64,000 bases of DNA from Octopus sinensis (GCF_006345805.1 NW_021834231.1:9237-73236); one strand, 5' to 3'. Shown: positions 1-13,612, numbered from the stretch's first letter. Program-made: numbers and translations. Notes: generated by a model not told the origin, from the letters alone.

Positions 1-339
1 AAGCAGGATTTGTAATGTAATTACTTTGCTGAAAATCTATGAGAACCTAATAAAATTTTTTATCCTCTTGTCTATAACACCTTCATGCCCTTGCTCTAAT
101 ATGAAGCTGTGAGGCAATGAATTGAACTCGAATTAAACATATGTGATATTCGGGTACGCTTTAGAATATAATTTATTATTGTATACGTGTGGTAGTGGAT
201 AGTTTTTAATTAACCGCAAAACTAAAACACGGTGGATGTAACGGTAATGATAAACAATAAATTAATGTTATTAATAACATTAAAGGTATTATTAAAAATA
301 AAAGTGATAAACGTATCCTTATATTAAGAATCCTTACAT

Positions 340-790
340 TAATAATGCTACTACCACCACAACTTCTACTACTACTAGTAGTAATAATAATAATGATAAT
401 AATGATAATAACGGCGGCGATGATGACGATGATGATAACGATCATAATATTAATAATAATACGATAATGATAATGATGATATTAATGAAAATGATCATAC
501 TTGATGATGACAAACAATATCTAAAGATGCTGAGTAAAATGGAAAATGATAACAGTAACAATAACAATGCTACTACTATTTTCAGTAATGATGATGATGA
601 TGATGATGACGATGAGGAGGAGGAGGAGGAGGAGAAGGAGTATGGTGGTGATGATTATGGTGATAATGATGATGATGATGGTGATGATGACGACGACGAT
701 GACAGTGATGATTATGGTAATGATGATGATGTGATGATGTGATGATGATATAAGTTGATGATGATGACGATGATGATGATGATGATATAA

Positions 791-850
<60 letters not shown>
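340..850. repeat. Compound trinucleotide microsatellite (ACT/AAT/GAT/GAG)
   Basis: Runs of AAT, GAT and GAG are directly visible; they produce the poly-D/H/I/S ORFs in the track. Confidence 0.95.
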
Positions 851-1446
851 ATAGAAATAATGATAAAGGTTGCAAAATAAGTAATATTGCAAAACAAATT
901 GAATTCTGATATTAGAAACGGATAAGCTATCGGACTGTCAATTCTCCGATGAGTTCAAATCTGATGCAACTAATTTTTGGAGAAGAACACATAACTCTAT
1001 GTCTATTAGTTTGCCAAATCGATGTCAGTCTGAAGATAATCTTCACGTGTGCTGGGAGAACACTAATGGAAACTCTGCTCTAAATAATACTTTATCAAGA
1101 ATTGGCCAAGTGTCATTTTTCAGTTTGGTAGTTATTATATAACGTTGCTCAGATTTAGAAGAAGAATTTCAAGAGAGAGTCGTAGAGCAAAGTTTTGTTT
1201 TTCACGGTTGAAGAAAAACTTGCTGGCGAAACCGGGAACCTAGCTGCGAATGATTCAAGAGAGATTACTTCAGCATATTTACATTTTCTATCAAATTATG
1301 AGAAATATTATTTCTCACACCATAAACTGGAAACTTTTAAGGTGAAATATAATTTGATGAGATATATGCATTATATAAATGGATAACAGAATGTGGTATT
1401 CATTCCTTTGGCTATAGCTCTTAAAATAAAAGCTATATTACGAAAT

Positions 1447-1815
1447 GATATCATATAACTGATTTTTGACTAGGCTTTCTGGAACTTCGATCATAAACTA
1501 GTTACTCATTAGATATCAAGATGAGACAAAATACAAAAAAATACTAGCTGTTTGAAGTCATTGTGTTGTCCAGTAATAGGGTAAATATGGTGACCCAGGT
1601 TCAAATGGACAAATATATATCATAGTGCTTAGAATGTATTATAAACTGAAATCATAACAGATTTTGATTAGGCTTTTTAGAACTCCGATCAGCATCTGGT
1701 AACTCATTAAATATTAAAATATGAGACGAAAAAATAACTAGCTCTTTGAAGTTATTGTGTTGTCCAGTAATAGGCTAAGTGATGTAAGCCAGGTTCATAA
1801 CATAGTGCTTAGATC
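1447..1815. repeat. Diverged direct duplication of about 190 bp
   Basis: About 1447-1635 and 1650-1815 share TAGGCTTT...ACTCATTA...ATGAGAC...TTTGAAGT.ATTGTGTTGTCCAGTAATAGG...CCAGGTTCA...CATAGTGCTTAGA. Confidence 0.85.
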
Positions 1816-2428
1816 TTGCCCAAACTGTTTCATTTCACTTACGACTCTACTGCTTTCAGAAGTCACTAAATCTAAGTTTTTCGTTCTCATAATTAGTATA
1901 ATGGAATTGTAGAAAATCAATAGAGTCAAAAGATATAATTGAAAACAGCGCTGTTTGAGAAATGCTGCTGTTTCTTTCGTTCGAAATTATATGAGTTATA
2001 AACACATGGACATGATGTGTAAAAAATTATTCTACCGAAGTACTTTGACGTGTTACGAAGTTGAGTGAGCTTAACACTGCCAACAATTCCCCAATTTCCG
2101 CAGTGTGAAATATCTTTAGTTTTCTACACGAAAGTGACGAAAGTTACTTAACAGTGCTGAAGTTAAAAAATGTTAAACAGTATTTCGGCTTTAACCAATA
2201 GGGAACTGAAAAATTCATTATAAACATTAATAAACAACACGGAAATCATTTTGACAGACGCAGAAACGCACAACGTAGCATGAAGAAAATTGTAATTTGA
2301 CATTCTATTCACATTGAGTAATAATGTTATGGCGGTCACGAAATGTTTGGTATTCGTTAATTTGAAGTTGCGAACGTGTAGGACGTACAACTTGTTTATT
2401 ATCAAAGATACCAATGTTCTAATATTTT

Positions 2429-3016
2429 TCTTATACTCTCTTTTACTTGTTTCAGTCATTTGACTGCGGCCATGCTGGAGCACCGCCTTTAGTCGAGCAA
2501 ATTGACCCCAGGACTTATTCTTTGTAGGCCTAGTACTTATTGTATCGGTCTCTTTTGCCGAACCGCTAAGTTACGGGGACTCAACACACCACCATCGGTT
2601 GTCAAGAGATGTTGGGGAAACAAACAAAGACACATAAACACATACACACACATACATATATATATATATACATACATACAACAGGCTTCTTTCAGTTTTC
2701 GTCAGCCAAATCCACTCACAAGTCTTTGGTCAGCCCGAGGCTATAGTAGAAGACACTTGCCCGAGGTGCCACGCAGTGGGAATGAACCCGGAACCATGTG
2801 GTTAGTAAGCAAGCTACTTACCTATTTCTTTACTACCCACAAGGGGCTAAACACAGAAGGGACAAACAAGGACAGACAAACGGATTAAGTCGATTATATC
2901 GACCCCAGTACGTAACTGATACTTAATTTATCGACCCTGAAAGGATGAAAGGCAAAGTCGACCTCGGCAGAATTTGAACTCAGAAGCTACTTACCACACA
3001 GCCACTCCTATGCCTA
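2429..3016 (-). mobile_element. tRNA-derived CORE-like SINE (family B, OR2-like) interrupted by a family A unit
   Basis: Reverse complement has the head GGAGTGGCTGTGTGGTAAG, the CORE-like GGGCAAGTGTCTTCTACTATAGCCTCGGG and the tail GGTGCTCCAGCATGGCCGCAGTCAAATGACTGAAAC; it matches about 10 other copies in the window. Confidence 0.9.
2821..2983 (-). mobile_element. 5'-truncated family A SINE nested in a family B SINE
   Basis: Family A body and tail flanked by the duplication AAGCTACTTACC at 2811-2822 and 2984-2995. Confidence 0.9.
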
Positions 3017-3189
3017 TAACCACAGCATTTGCTGGAAAATATCCTTTCTACATTCTAACTGATCATTTTAAATTTGTTTACGATCAAATGGAAATCTGAC
3101 TAAAATAAAAAAACAGCTGCTTCATATATTTAAATGGTTTTCATTACACTGCCCACAATGCTTAAATTTTTATATAATAAATAAAAGAA

Positions 3190-3630
3190 GTCGGCGAGGT
3201 GGCAGAATTGTTGGCAGGCCGAAAAAAAATGCTTAGCGGCATTTCGTCTGTCACTATGTTCAGAGTTCAAATTACGCAGAGGTTCACTTTGCTTTTCAAC
3301 ACTCTCAATGTTGATAACATAAGTACCAATAGAAGACTGGGGTCGATGTAATCGACTTACCCCTTCACCTGAAATTGCTGGCATTATGCCAAAGTTTGAC
3401 ACCAATATCATAAATAAAAGAAGGCGACGAGATGTCAGAAGGGTTAGTACAACGAGCAAAATGCGTAGCGGTATTTCGTCCGTGTTTACATTCTGAGTTC
3501 AAATTCAGAAGAAGTCGACTTTGCCTCTCATTCTTTTAAATAAAATAAGTACCAGTTGTGTACTGGATTGGATGTATCCAACTTAACCCCGCCCAAGTAA
3601 TTGCTGGCTGCGTGCCAAAATTTAAATCCA
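3190..3630 (+). mobile_element. Two older family A SINE copies in tandem
   Basis: GGCGAG.TGGCAGAA head, GAGTTCAAATT B-box-like motif and AAGTACCA...TGGGGTCGATGTAATCGACTT body, with the older GCCAAA..TTGA tail. Confidence 0.85.
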
Positions 3631-5614
3631 ACATTCTTAAACAAAAGCTAAAAGATTAAGAAACAAACAACCGACAGCTGAAAACTTTAGCCAGCAATTG
3701 ATTTTCAGCAGACGTCGAGTAACTATATTTGTGAGTCGGTCATTTATGTGCGTCAACATTTTCCCACTTCATATTTGGTAGAAATATAAACAAACTGAAA
3801 ATAACAGCCTTCGTGTCTTCCACAATGGTTAAAACTTCTCTTCAAAATATAATTTAATATATATTCATTCTGTCTCGTCAATTACTCTCGTGAACTGTGA
3901 TAAAATAGAAATTGTGACTAGTAACTGAATACTTTTAGTTTTACAATATTTCTTTTCGCATTATCATGTATTGAGTAACTTATTTACATGTTGGCAAATT
4001 CAAACATCTATATATATATATACATACAATACACACACCTATACAGATAGAATCATGTATACACATATACATATATTGTGGAAAATGAAGGAGTGTTGCT
4101 TTTTATGTGCGTGATTTCTGTGAGGAAATGCTTGAGTCACGCAGGCTTGGTCAGCCATCAGAGAACTCATAATTAGTGCACAAAATGCACTTTTTAATCG
4201 TCAGTGCAAGCATAATCAAGACATACAAATAAACAAAAAAATAAACATACCAGATGAACACCACATGTATCCAGCATAGTACATAGAATTGTTCACCATT
4301 ATATGTCTATGTAAGAGGCGGGCTTTTCGAATTGCATCTCGGTACACGTGTTTATTCAGAATAAAATTCAGCACTGAATATATTCCGGTTAAATTTACAA
4401 TTCATAAATAGGATAAAATCTTTATAAGAATTTTTCAAGTAGTTAGCGTGAAAAACCTCATAAGGGAAAAAATCATGAAATCATAGGATTTGCAGCTGAA
4501 TCTATTTTTAAAAGGCTCGCTTCGAGAGTTGCAGTCCCTCGCGTTCGGTACAATATGTTTATTATGGTAGTTTTGACTTTAAGAGTCCCTCCTAGCATGA
4601 GGCATTGATGTATAGTAATGCCCTGAGCAAATAAACATAAAGATGGTGTAAAGTAAAGCCACACAAATATGGTACACACTTCCACGTGCTTTATGCGTTA
4701 GATTCAGGAAACAGGATCCCTCTCTCTTTTTTAGAACTAAATTTGGAAAGAGCCAGGGATTTCCCCCACGGTGAAATACTGAACGGTACCAGCAACATGG
4801 ATTTAATATTTCGAAAAAGAAAAACGAGAATATATCCATCGCTCAATCTAGGCTTATTAACAAATATTTTCTCGAACCCTTTTTCACCGTTTTATTCTGT
4901 AACATAATTCTAAATATCATACTGAACCTAATATTATTGATAAAGGGAATCCAATGCACGTTTTACTAAATGTAATTCATATGAAAAAAAACTATCAATA
5001 ATAATAATAATAGTAATAATAATAATAAATCCATTGTTTTTCGAAATATAAAGAATTCAAGACCGTTAGATGCATACAGACGCCCATTGACATCAATAAT
5101 TATATTTGCAGCGTGATACATATCATCAACTATATTTCGTTACAGAATAGAGAAATAAATTACATTTTTTCGAAGAATCAGTCTTTTTTCTGTTTTCTAC
5201 ATTTTTCTTTCGTTTCATGTTTAAGTTTGATTTCACGAACACTACAAAAGCAAAACGTTGTCTTCCTGTCTAAGTTAAGACGTGATCTAGGAATAATGAC
5301 TCCAGGAGATTTCATGATTCAGATGCACGTTTTCCTTTCATCAGAAAATATAATAAAGTTTTGTCTAGTTTTCACAATATCAAAGCTGCTGTTATTCTAC
5401 TTTTTCGTTAATTTTTATAGTGAGGAATATATTTCTTTCATACATGACTGTCAAGCAAATTAGATAAACAAGAAATAAAGATTTTGCAGCAAGATATAGG
5501 ATCGCATGGATTTTTTTCAAAAAAATGTATTGGAAAAGGCACTCATGACAAGTGTTCATGACATTTTACATAAATACACACACAGACTGATATGTGCGCC
5601 CACATGCACATATG

Positions 5615-6245
5615 CATATACTTAAATATATATATAGATAGATAGATACATAAAATATATAGTATAATATAATATAATATGATATAATATAATATATATA
5701 TACATAGATATATAATATATATACACATATATATATATAATGTATATACATATATATAATATATAATATATATACATATACATATATATATATATAATAT
5801 AATATATATATATACACACATATATATAATATAATATAATATATATACACACATATATATATAATATATATATATATAATGTCTCTATATAGAACCTAAT
5901 TCGGTATCTTTTACATATATATATTATTTATATACATATATATATATAACATATAACATATATATATATAATAATATATACATATATATATTTAATATAT
6001 ACATATATATATATAATATGTAATATATATACATATATAATATATAATATATAATATATATGAGTGTGTATGTGTGTGTGTGTACGTAAATCTTTCCAAT
6101 ATGTATATGCAAGCAACTGTTGCAAGCTCAATAAGGATTCAAATACGTGTATATCTATATCTGTATCTATATGTATGCATGTATTATGTATGTATGTATG
6201 TATGTATGTATGTATGTATTTATGTATGTATGCATGTATGTATGT
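5615..6245. repeat. (TA)n/(TATG)n microsatellite field
   Basis: Directly visible. Confidence 0.95.
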
Positions 6246-6483
6246 GAGGACATTATAACTAATGGCGTAATAGGAGTGCTGTCATGATATAACAGCGTGT
6301 TGTGTGCATTTAAGTATTACAGAGACCGTTCACATCTAAGTTTTCACCGCAGTTGGTTTCCTCCAGAGGGAAATTGTGAGTGTGTATGTGCAGATCAGTT
6401 TGTGACTAAAGGCAAAGTACGTGCAAGAGAAACAGAGAGGAAAAAATCGACTCAGTATATAACATTTTTTTCTTTATTTATAG

Positions 6484-6613
6484 GGCTCGAAAATATGCAA
6501 GGCAAAGTTTATCGCGACGGATTTTAAATTCAGAGCGCAGAGTGCAGAAACGTATGAGAAGAAGGCAGTCTATCGAATGCTGTGATGGTTTTGGTAATCG
6601 TGCATTAATACAG
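6484..6613 (+). CDS. Possible isolated internal exon, product unknown
   Basis: Polypyrimidine acceptor TTTTTTTCTTTATTTATAG ends at 6483 and donor CAG|GTGTGT follows 6613; one frame is open throughout (ARKYARQSLSRRILNSERRVQKRMRRRQSIECCDGFGNRALIQ). No family recognised. Confidence 0.25.
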
Positions 6614-7882
6614 GTGTGTGTAAATATGTATATGTGTCTGCCTGAGTATACATAAAATGCTAATATGCATACACACACGTTTTAGAGGGACTTTTCAAAG
6701 AGCTCTTCTCACGTGGCAAGAAATGAAGCGATTGGGCATGATTACTTTTGTGCGCTCTGTACGAATACAGTTAAAGCAGGATGCATGTATCCATGTGGTT
6801 CGTGATCAGTGTGGAAGCCAGATTATTAACTCAACAATATCACATTAGACGTCCTTGACGAAGATTCTGCACTTCGTATTTGGACAACTAATTGGTGTAA
6901 GCATTTATTTGTCTGGATGATTGGTCGGCTGCTTTTTCTCTTCGTGATGCGCCTCATTTCGAAGTGTATACGATACGTTGATGGCACTGGACGATTAATA
7001 GGAACTGGATCAGGGAATGCGGAATCCTAAGACTCTTCAACCTCTATAATGGCAGCAGAGCTGAGCGGCATGATTTCTTTAAGTTTAAAGAAATCTAGTT
7101 GTCTAGCCACCGGAATTTCGTTTATGTACTAGGTTGGCATACAACCGTATCAGATAGGCTTGCCCCATACAAGTAAAATCCATAATCAGGGATGAGTAGA
7201 CGTCTAAAATTTCGTGTCTGTCGACTACACAAGTAGTTATATGCTTGCATTGACTATGTGGGTGTAATCCGTAAATGGTGACGTAGCCATAATACGATGA
7301 AAATATCGTAACCAATGCTCAAAATATACAGTAGCCAGATTAGTCAGTTATTTAGACAGTACTTGAAACGGGTGATTGCAACAATCGAATATGGGGTGAT
7401 CTTTTGCAGGGCAGCAAGAGCAAAACTAATGAAGTAAGTAGTTGTCCGGCGAGGAAATAGCCTAATTTCCATTTTTTTATATACTTTACAATAAGCCAGA
7501 CTGTTCGCCCTTATCATTGCAACCGCAGAGGAAAAGATAATTCACTGATTCTGTAAGCCAAGAACTGGTGTCGCTGCTCAGGAAAACACCAAACAAAGAA
7601 AATATGATCAATAATGTCGGGCTCATAAATCTGCTGAGCGCAGAGTTAAAGATTCTAGCATCAACAACCGCAATGGCACCGGCAACTGCTACATGAACAG
7701 CATCTCGGAAACTGCAGCAATATAAACAACAGGAAAACCAAGACAACAGAATCCACCACCAAAACGCCAAGACATTTTGGTGGTGGGTTTTGCTTGATAT
7801 GATTGTTGCTGCTAAAATCTTAAACCCTGTCTCATTACTATGTGTTTTATAATTACCTATTGTCGCCAATATAATCGCCTCT

Positions 7883-9200
7883 CATCTGGGGACACTTTTA
7901 TCAGGGGGCGTATGATCATACGCCCTCTGATAAAAATGTCCCCAGATGTGTGTGACAGCACAGAGGACCTCCCCAGCAGAATCAATAAGTGTAACCATGC
8001 CTGATGAGATGCATAATAGGCAGTATGGATGTAGTGTCTCTATACCCATCAATTGATGTTGATTTTGCTGTGGATAAATGTGTGGAAGGGATCAGCAAAA
8101 GTGATGTGAAGTTCTGTGGTGTTGACACTGAAGCACGAGGTCTCCTCCTGAGACTGACATGCGACAATTATTACTAAGATAAACATGACCTTAATTGCTT
8201 CAGCCCAACTAGATCAATAAGAGATAGACACCACCACTATAACTTCTATGGCGAAGAAGAGCCCTAAAGAGAGATTTGACGGGTTGATCAGAGCTATTCG
8301 GACCCTCGAAAATAATGATCGGGTTAAAAAGATGGTGGAACATGCGGTGGGTGCGAAACGAAGACCACATTCAAGGGCCATATATTTAAGTTTAATAACA
8401 AGAATTTACACCTAAGAGGAAGGTGCAGCCATCGGTGTCAGTATTTCTGGCGATGTGGCTAACCTATTTTTGGTACGGTGGGATAAGATACTTAAAGAGA
8501 GATTAGCAGAGAACTTCGTAAATATAATCATGTACTCCCGCTACGTGGATAATATCAACATAGTAGCCAGAGCATCCCTACCAGATAATGTTGCTGATCT
8601 AGAAACTAACACTATGGAGAGCATCCTGCAAATAGCTAACTTCATCCACCAGGGTATAAAATAACGATAGACTACCCTAGTAAGCACCCTAACTGCAGAT
8701 TGCCCGTTTTAGACACTGAGCTCCGACTAGAAAGGAAGAACGGTAACGTCCAGATCCGTCACTCTCATTCTACCAAACTCATGGCCTCTAAGCACTTTGT
8801 TCACAAGAACGCAGCGACTGCAGACAACGCCAAGTTCAAAATTCTGATAGACGATTTGGTAATATTAATGAGGAATGTGTCTCTCATGTGCGACCCTATG
8901 GAATTGGAAAGGCACATGCAACACTTCATCCACCGCATGCAGTTCTCTAGATTAGAATATACAAAGGGGCCAGGACTAAATACAAAGCCAGTATATAGTG
9001 AGATGCTGTATAGGAGTAAATTCTGGAACATCACGGAAAGGACCAGTAATAAGATAAATAAGGCCAACATTTGGTATGACCAACTCTTGGTATGACAACA
9101 AAAAAATACCAGAGTGTCATAGACTTCGTGCTAGCCCTAGCTGTAAACTTGCACACCTTTTTAGAAAAAAATTAATTAAGTCTAAAAATATCAGAAACAG
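7883..9200 (+). mobile_element. Decayed Penelope-like element (PLE) reverse transcriptase
   Basis: Frameshifted RT motifs: IGSMDVVSLYPSID (about 8015-8056), GAAIGVSISGDVANLFL (about 8423-8470), YSRYVDN (about 8533-8553), then PVLDTEL and the thumb region (ORFs 8455 and 8700). A 5' inverted junction lies at 7883-7948. Confidence 0.85.
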
Positions 9201-9209
9201 GAAGAAAGA

Positions 9210-9390
9210 GTGAGAGAAAGTTGTGTGACGAACGAATACAGTAGAATTCACCACCACCCCCTACCGTAGTCTCATGGTGCTTTTAAGTGTTTTCGCTCAA
9301 TAAACACTCACAACGCCTGGTCTGGGAATCGAAACCGTGATCCTGTGACCGCGAGTCCGCTGCCCTAACCACTGGGTCATTGCACCTCCA
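9210..9390 (-). mobile_element. Family C tRNA-derived SINE, 5' part
   Basis: Reverse complement GGAGGTGCAATGACCCAGTGGTTAGGGCAGCGGACTCGCGG...GTTTCGATTCCCAGACC with A/B boxes; homologous to 62965-63343. Confidence 0.85.
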
Positions 9391-9879
9391 CATTAAGAGC
9401 TGTATAATGCGGAATTGTAATAGAGTTCGACAAAATAGTTTGCGGTATTTGTTCAGATTCCTAGCACGCCAAGTTCAGATCCTAGCGTGGTTGTCTTTGT
9501 TAAGTTTGAGGTCGATATATAAGTGAGAAAGCCCTTTCTCACAGTTTGCAGGGTTTTGCCTCAGTTAGAATCAATTATTATTGCGATTACTAGTTTCCCT
9601 AATTACACGCCGTATGGTTGCTGTGTGTGAAATTAGAACGACAGACATTGTTAAAAGGGTTTGTTTCTACGTTCAAAGGGTTGTCTCATTGTGAAATAGT
9701 ACACAATAAAACTGAAACCGTGTTGCAAATTTTGATGAAGTAATTTGATATAGGGATGTATAATTATCTCTCTGTATAAAGCTGAAGTTGCCTGTGTATG
9801 GCAGGTTTGGTAGCCTTCAACTAACACTATCTCCACCGAGACCCTGCGGTGCAAGTTGACCAAAATTGACAGTATGATA

Positions 9880-10156
9880 GAAGAAGGCTTGCTCCTCCTT
9901 CCGTAGAAGAAACAATTCAAATCGGACCATGTTAACACCAAAATTTATTTACATCAAAAAGGTGCTTTTTTTCTATGAAAATCCCTATTTTTTACGATAT
10001 TTTTACTGCTGTGTCGCCATCTTTCTGTGTATTTCAACCAGAAAAATGTTCACTTAAAGAGAATAACAAGCTACATAATGCAAAACTTTTACTTTTCAAA
10101 AGTTCCAATTCTAAAGGGTCGATACAAGTCCGAGCAACGCCGGGCGATACTGCTAG
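9880..10156 (+). mobile_element. Non-autonomous Helitron-like 3' end
   Basis: GC hairpin GTCCG-AGCAACGC-CGGGC (10128-10145), then CTAG|T at 10153-10157. The 5' boundary is not determined. Confidence 0.6.
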
Positions 10157-10652
10157 TAGATGACATCTTTGCTTTATTCTCGACGTTATTCCTTAATCGT
10201 TGCTTTTCTTAGAAATGAATAGAAAGAATTTTACAGCTTAGTAACTTAGTAACAGACAAGAAGTAGTCTCTATATTTTTCGTATCATATAGTTGTAGATT
10301 ATATGAAAATAATAACATTATTCTTTATTTTGAACAAAACTGATTTCGTCTAATATACATTAGTAAAACCTACAACTTTTTTCCTGTCCAGTTATATTAA
10401 TTCGTAGACGATTGTTTATCAAAATAAAAATAAAAATATAGAATTGTATATTATTCTTATTTTGCTTCATTAAGTGTATTACAATATCTATGTTGCAAAA
10501 AATAACCTCTTCTACATAGGCGTTCACCATAATTTGCATTATGTCTATCGATCAGTTATTTGTTAAAATTTTTTAGTTGTGTGTAATATGAAAGAAAATA
10601 TGTTAATTTGTCCGCTGCTGTATCTGTTTTGGCTTAACTTTTAATGGTTTCA

Positions 10653-11220
10653 AAGGCGGCGAGCTGGCAGAAACGTTAACACGCTGGGCGAAATGCGTAG
10701 CCGTATTTCTTCTGCCGTTACGTTCTGAGTTCAAATTCCGCCGAGGTCGACTTTGCCTTTAATCCTTTCGGGGTCGATAAATTAAGTACCAGTTACGCAC
10801 TGGGGTCGATGTAATCGACTTAATCCGTTTGTCTGTCCTTGTTCGTCCTCTCTGTGTTTAGCCCCTTGTGGGTAGTAAAGAAATAGGTATTTCGTCTGCC
10901 GCTACCTCCTGAGTTCAAATTCCGCCGAGGTCGACTTTGCCTTTCATCCTTTCGGGGTCGATTAAATAAGTACCAGTTACGCACTGGGGTCGATGTAATC
11001 GACTTAATCCGTTTGTCTGTCCTTGTTTGTCCTCTCTGTGTTTAGCCCCTTGTGGGTAGTAAAGAAATAGGTATTTCTTCTGCCACTACCTTCTGAGTTC
11101 AAATTCCGCCGAGGTCGACTTTGCCTTTCATCCTTTCGGTGTCGATTAAATAAGTACCAGTTACGCACTGGGATCGATCCAATCGACTTAATCCCTTTGT
11201 CTGCCCTTGTTTGTCTTCGG
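10653..11220 (+). mobile_element. Family A SINE tandem array (head plus three units of about 184 bp)
   Basis: AGGCGGCGAGCTGGCAGAAACG head; unit junctions AAAGAAATAG|GTATTTC at 10886/7 and 11070/1. Confidence 0.92.
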
Positions 11221-11309
11221 GATTCATTTTTATATATGTCCCACCGCCCTATTTCTCTTTCTTTTTCTTGAGAGAGTCTGAGTTTATTTTCGATCTCCAA
11301 GAGAGTTCC

Positions 11310-11960
11310 TTTGAGATATACATCTCTCTGTAATTAAGTTGTTTATCTAAAGGATTTGAAATATTAGCTTTCCGTTTCGTGATGACTCTCCTGTATCGAG
11401 AAACACTGCTTTTTCATATATTGGCTCACCTCTCTGGCACTTATTTAATGCATATGGCTAGCTTATTCACATGAATTCTTTGAATTTCATATCAGCATCC
11501 TGTACAGAAAGACTATTAAGCCAATTTTCTTTTGAGTCTCTTTTTCAATTCACTTTCAGCCAACCTTGTAGGAGTTCAGTCAGGATAGGGAGTGTGTGGA
11601 ATACATCTTTAATTAGCTTTGGGCCGTTGTCAGTTCTAATATGTCGTGGTCTGAGAGATTTGTCAGTAACACCTTTACATTCTGGATAAGTTCTATATTG
11701 TTGGTGAAACAGACGTCTAAGATGTTATTATTTCTGGTTGGAGAAAGCAGGATTTGCTCTATGAAAATTATTTTCCTGAAATCAAACAAAGATTCTGCTT
11801 GATCAAACTCTTTAAGAGTCACTCGGGAAATTATGTCGCCCTCGGGCCACCTGATGTTGAGGAAAGTGAATTCACCCATCAGAAATCATTAATGCATTGA
11901 TTTGCCTTTGCTGGTACTTCTTTTATCATCTTAAAGCTTTTCTCGTGTTTACCATTATGA
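11310..11960 (-). mobile_element. LINE (CR1/L2/Jockey-type) APE endonuclease fragment
   Basis: ORF 11613..11879 carries MGEFTF (a decayed GDFN-like motif), PTRNNNILDVCFTN and SDHD. Confidence 0.85.
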
Positions 11961-13612
11961 TTTGAGGTATCGGGTGGGCTACTTACTAATTTATTTTTCA
12001 AGTTTTCCTCTATTCTCATTGTAAAATATTCCAGTCCATAGGAACATTTTGGAATACTACAACATATTGAAGATTTTACATGTAGGATACGTAACGATAT
12101 TTCTCTTAGTTATACTACAGTCCCGCATCGTGAATGAAAATTGGTAAACGCCAATGCAGATGTATAACTATCTTTGTTCAGTTCAAGAGACCAAAGAGCA
12201 GAGATATATTTATGTATGATCTTTTGAAATTTGAAAACAAAGAAAGCAAAGGAATTCAAACAATAGATTCTCCATTGTCTAAAGAATATTTATTAGCGTT
12301 GTAAGTAGTACATTTTATAACAGCAATCAAATTATCAGATATCTGCTTCTCAATTTTAGCAGTGGTGCACGATTTGACAGGAACAGATTTCCGAATCATT
12401 GAATTTATGCGAAGAGTAATGGAATATTATTCATATATTTAAAGTATTTCGATATAAAATTTGATTTATAAAATTCTTGTGGCCTTAATCTTACCGTTTT
12501 CGTTCTTGATATAAACATTTCAGTTCTATTTTTTAATAATTTATTTCGTTAATATATTTGGAAGTTGTACAGGTGCCAAAGACTTTGTTGCACAAACAAC
12601 TTTTAAAAACAGCGGGGCGTTGCTACTACTCTCTAATAAACAATCATCGTAGAAACATGCTTTTGTTTGAATTTCGAAACTAGCTTTAATAACCTCCTGG
12701 TTATCGGTTGAACGGTTTCAGACTTGTTTATCATGTATATGTTCAATAGTGAATTTAGTTTCACGAAACATAATGTAATTCCCGCGATCATTAGAGGTTC
12801 AAATGTTATAACCCTTATTCGTAAATGTTATCAATGGTTTCCCATCTTTCTTTGATCTGGACACGACATTCTGTTTGATATTTTACTATGATGATATGAT
12901 AATAATAATGACACTTAATCTTCAACCTTAGAATGATTTTGATCATTTCTAAAATTATTTTATTATCAATCTTGATTGAGGATATTATAATCAATTCCTG
13001 CTCAAAATTTACCGTTTTCAAAATTCAAAGCTGCTTGAGTTAAATATATTTTAGATACAGTGTATTCCAATCTCCTTATATTATATTATTTTCATTGGAT
13101 TCTAACATAATATACCAAGAGAGTCTACTTTATTTTCTATCTTTCTAAGTAATGTAATAATATAAATTCAATTGTCAACAAACCTTCCATAAAAATTACG
13201 CTTATTTCATTCTTTCACATTACACAAACAATCATGCTAGATTGTTAGTTATTTTGTTCAGTATTAAAAGGTTTCTTTATAGTTTATGATAGATTACTTA
13301 ACTATATTAAACACAGCGTTGTATGTCTGTTAAGGATAGGAGTGTGTCGTCAGTCAAACCAATCATGTTTCTTAACTATAACACCCAATCAATAAAATGT
13401 GTAATTGATCATATTGCTTGTCGTTTCCTTTTTCAATGAACTTGAGTTCAGAAGTGTGAAGTATGGGGTCGTAAGTGGAAAATGATTGACAATGCTAAGA
13501 ACGTCAGTTTCGAACTAATGTCTACTAAGTATAAGTATTAAAATATTGATGTTTTAGTATAAAATTTCACTTCTTCAATTTTAGCCAGGCAATATTATAA
13601 TTCCCAAATATT

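Noticed and set aside
12135-12440. Exon candidates (MKIGKRQC...EYLLAL with a GTAAGT donor at 12301)
   Set aside because: Splicing to the next acceptor hits a stop within 15 codons, and there is no recognisable homology.
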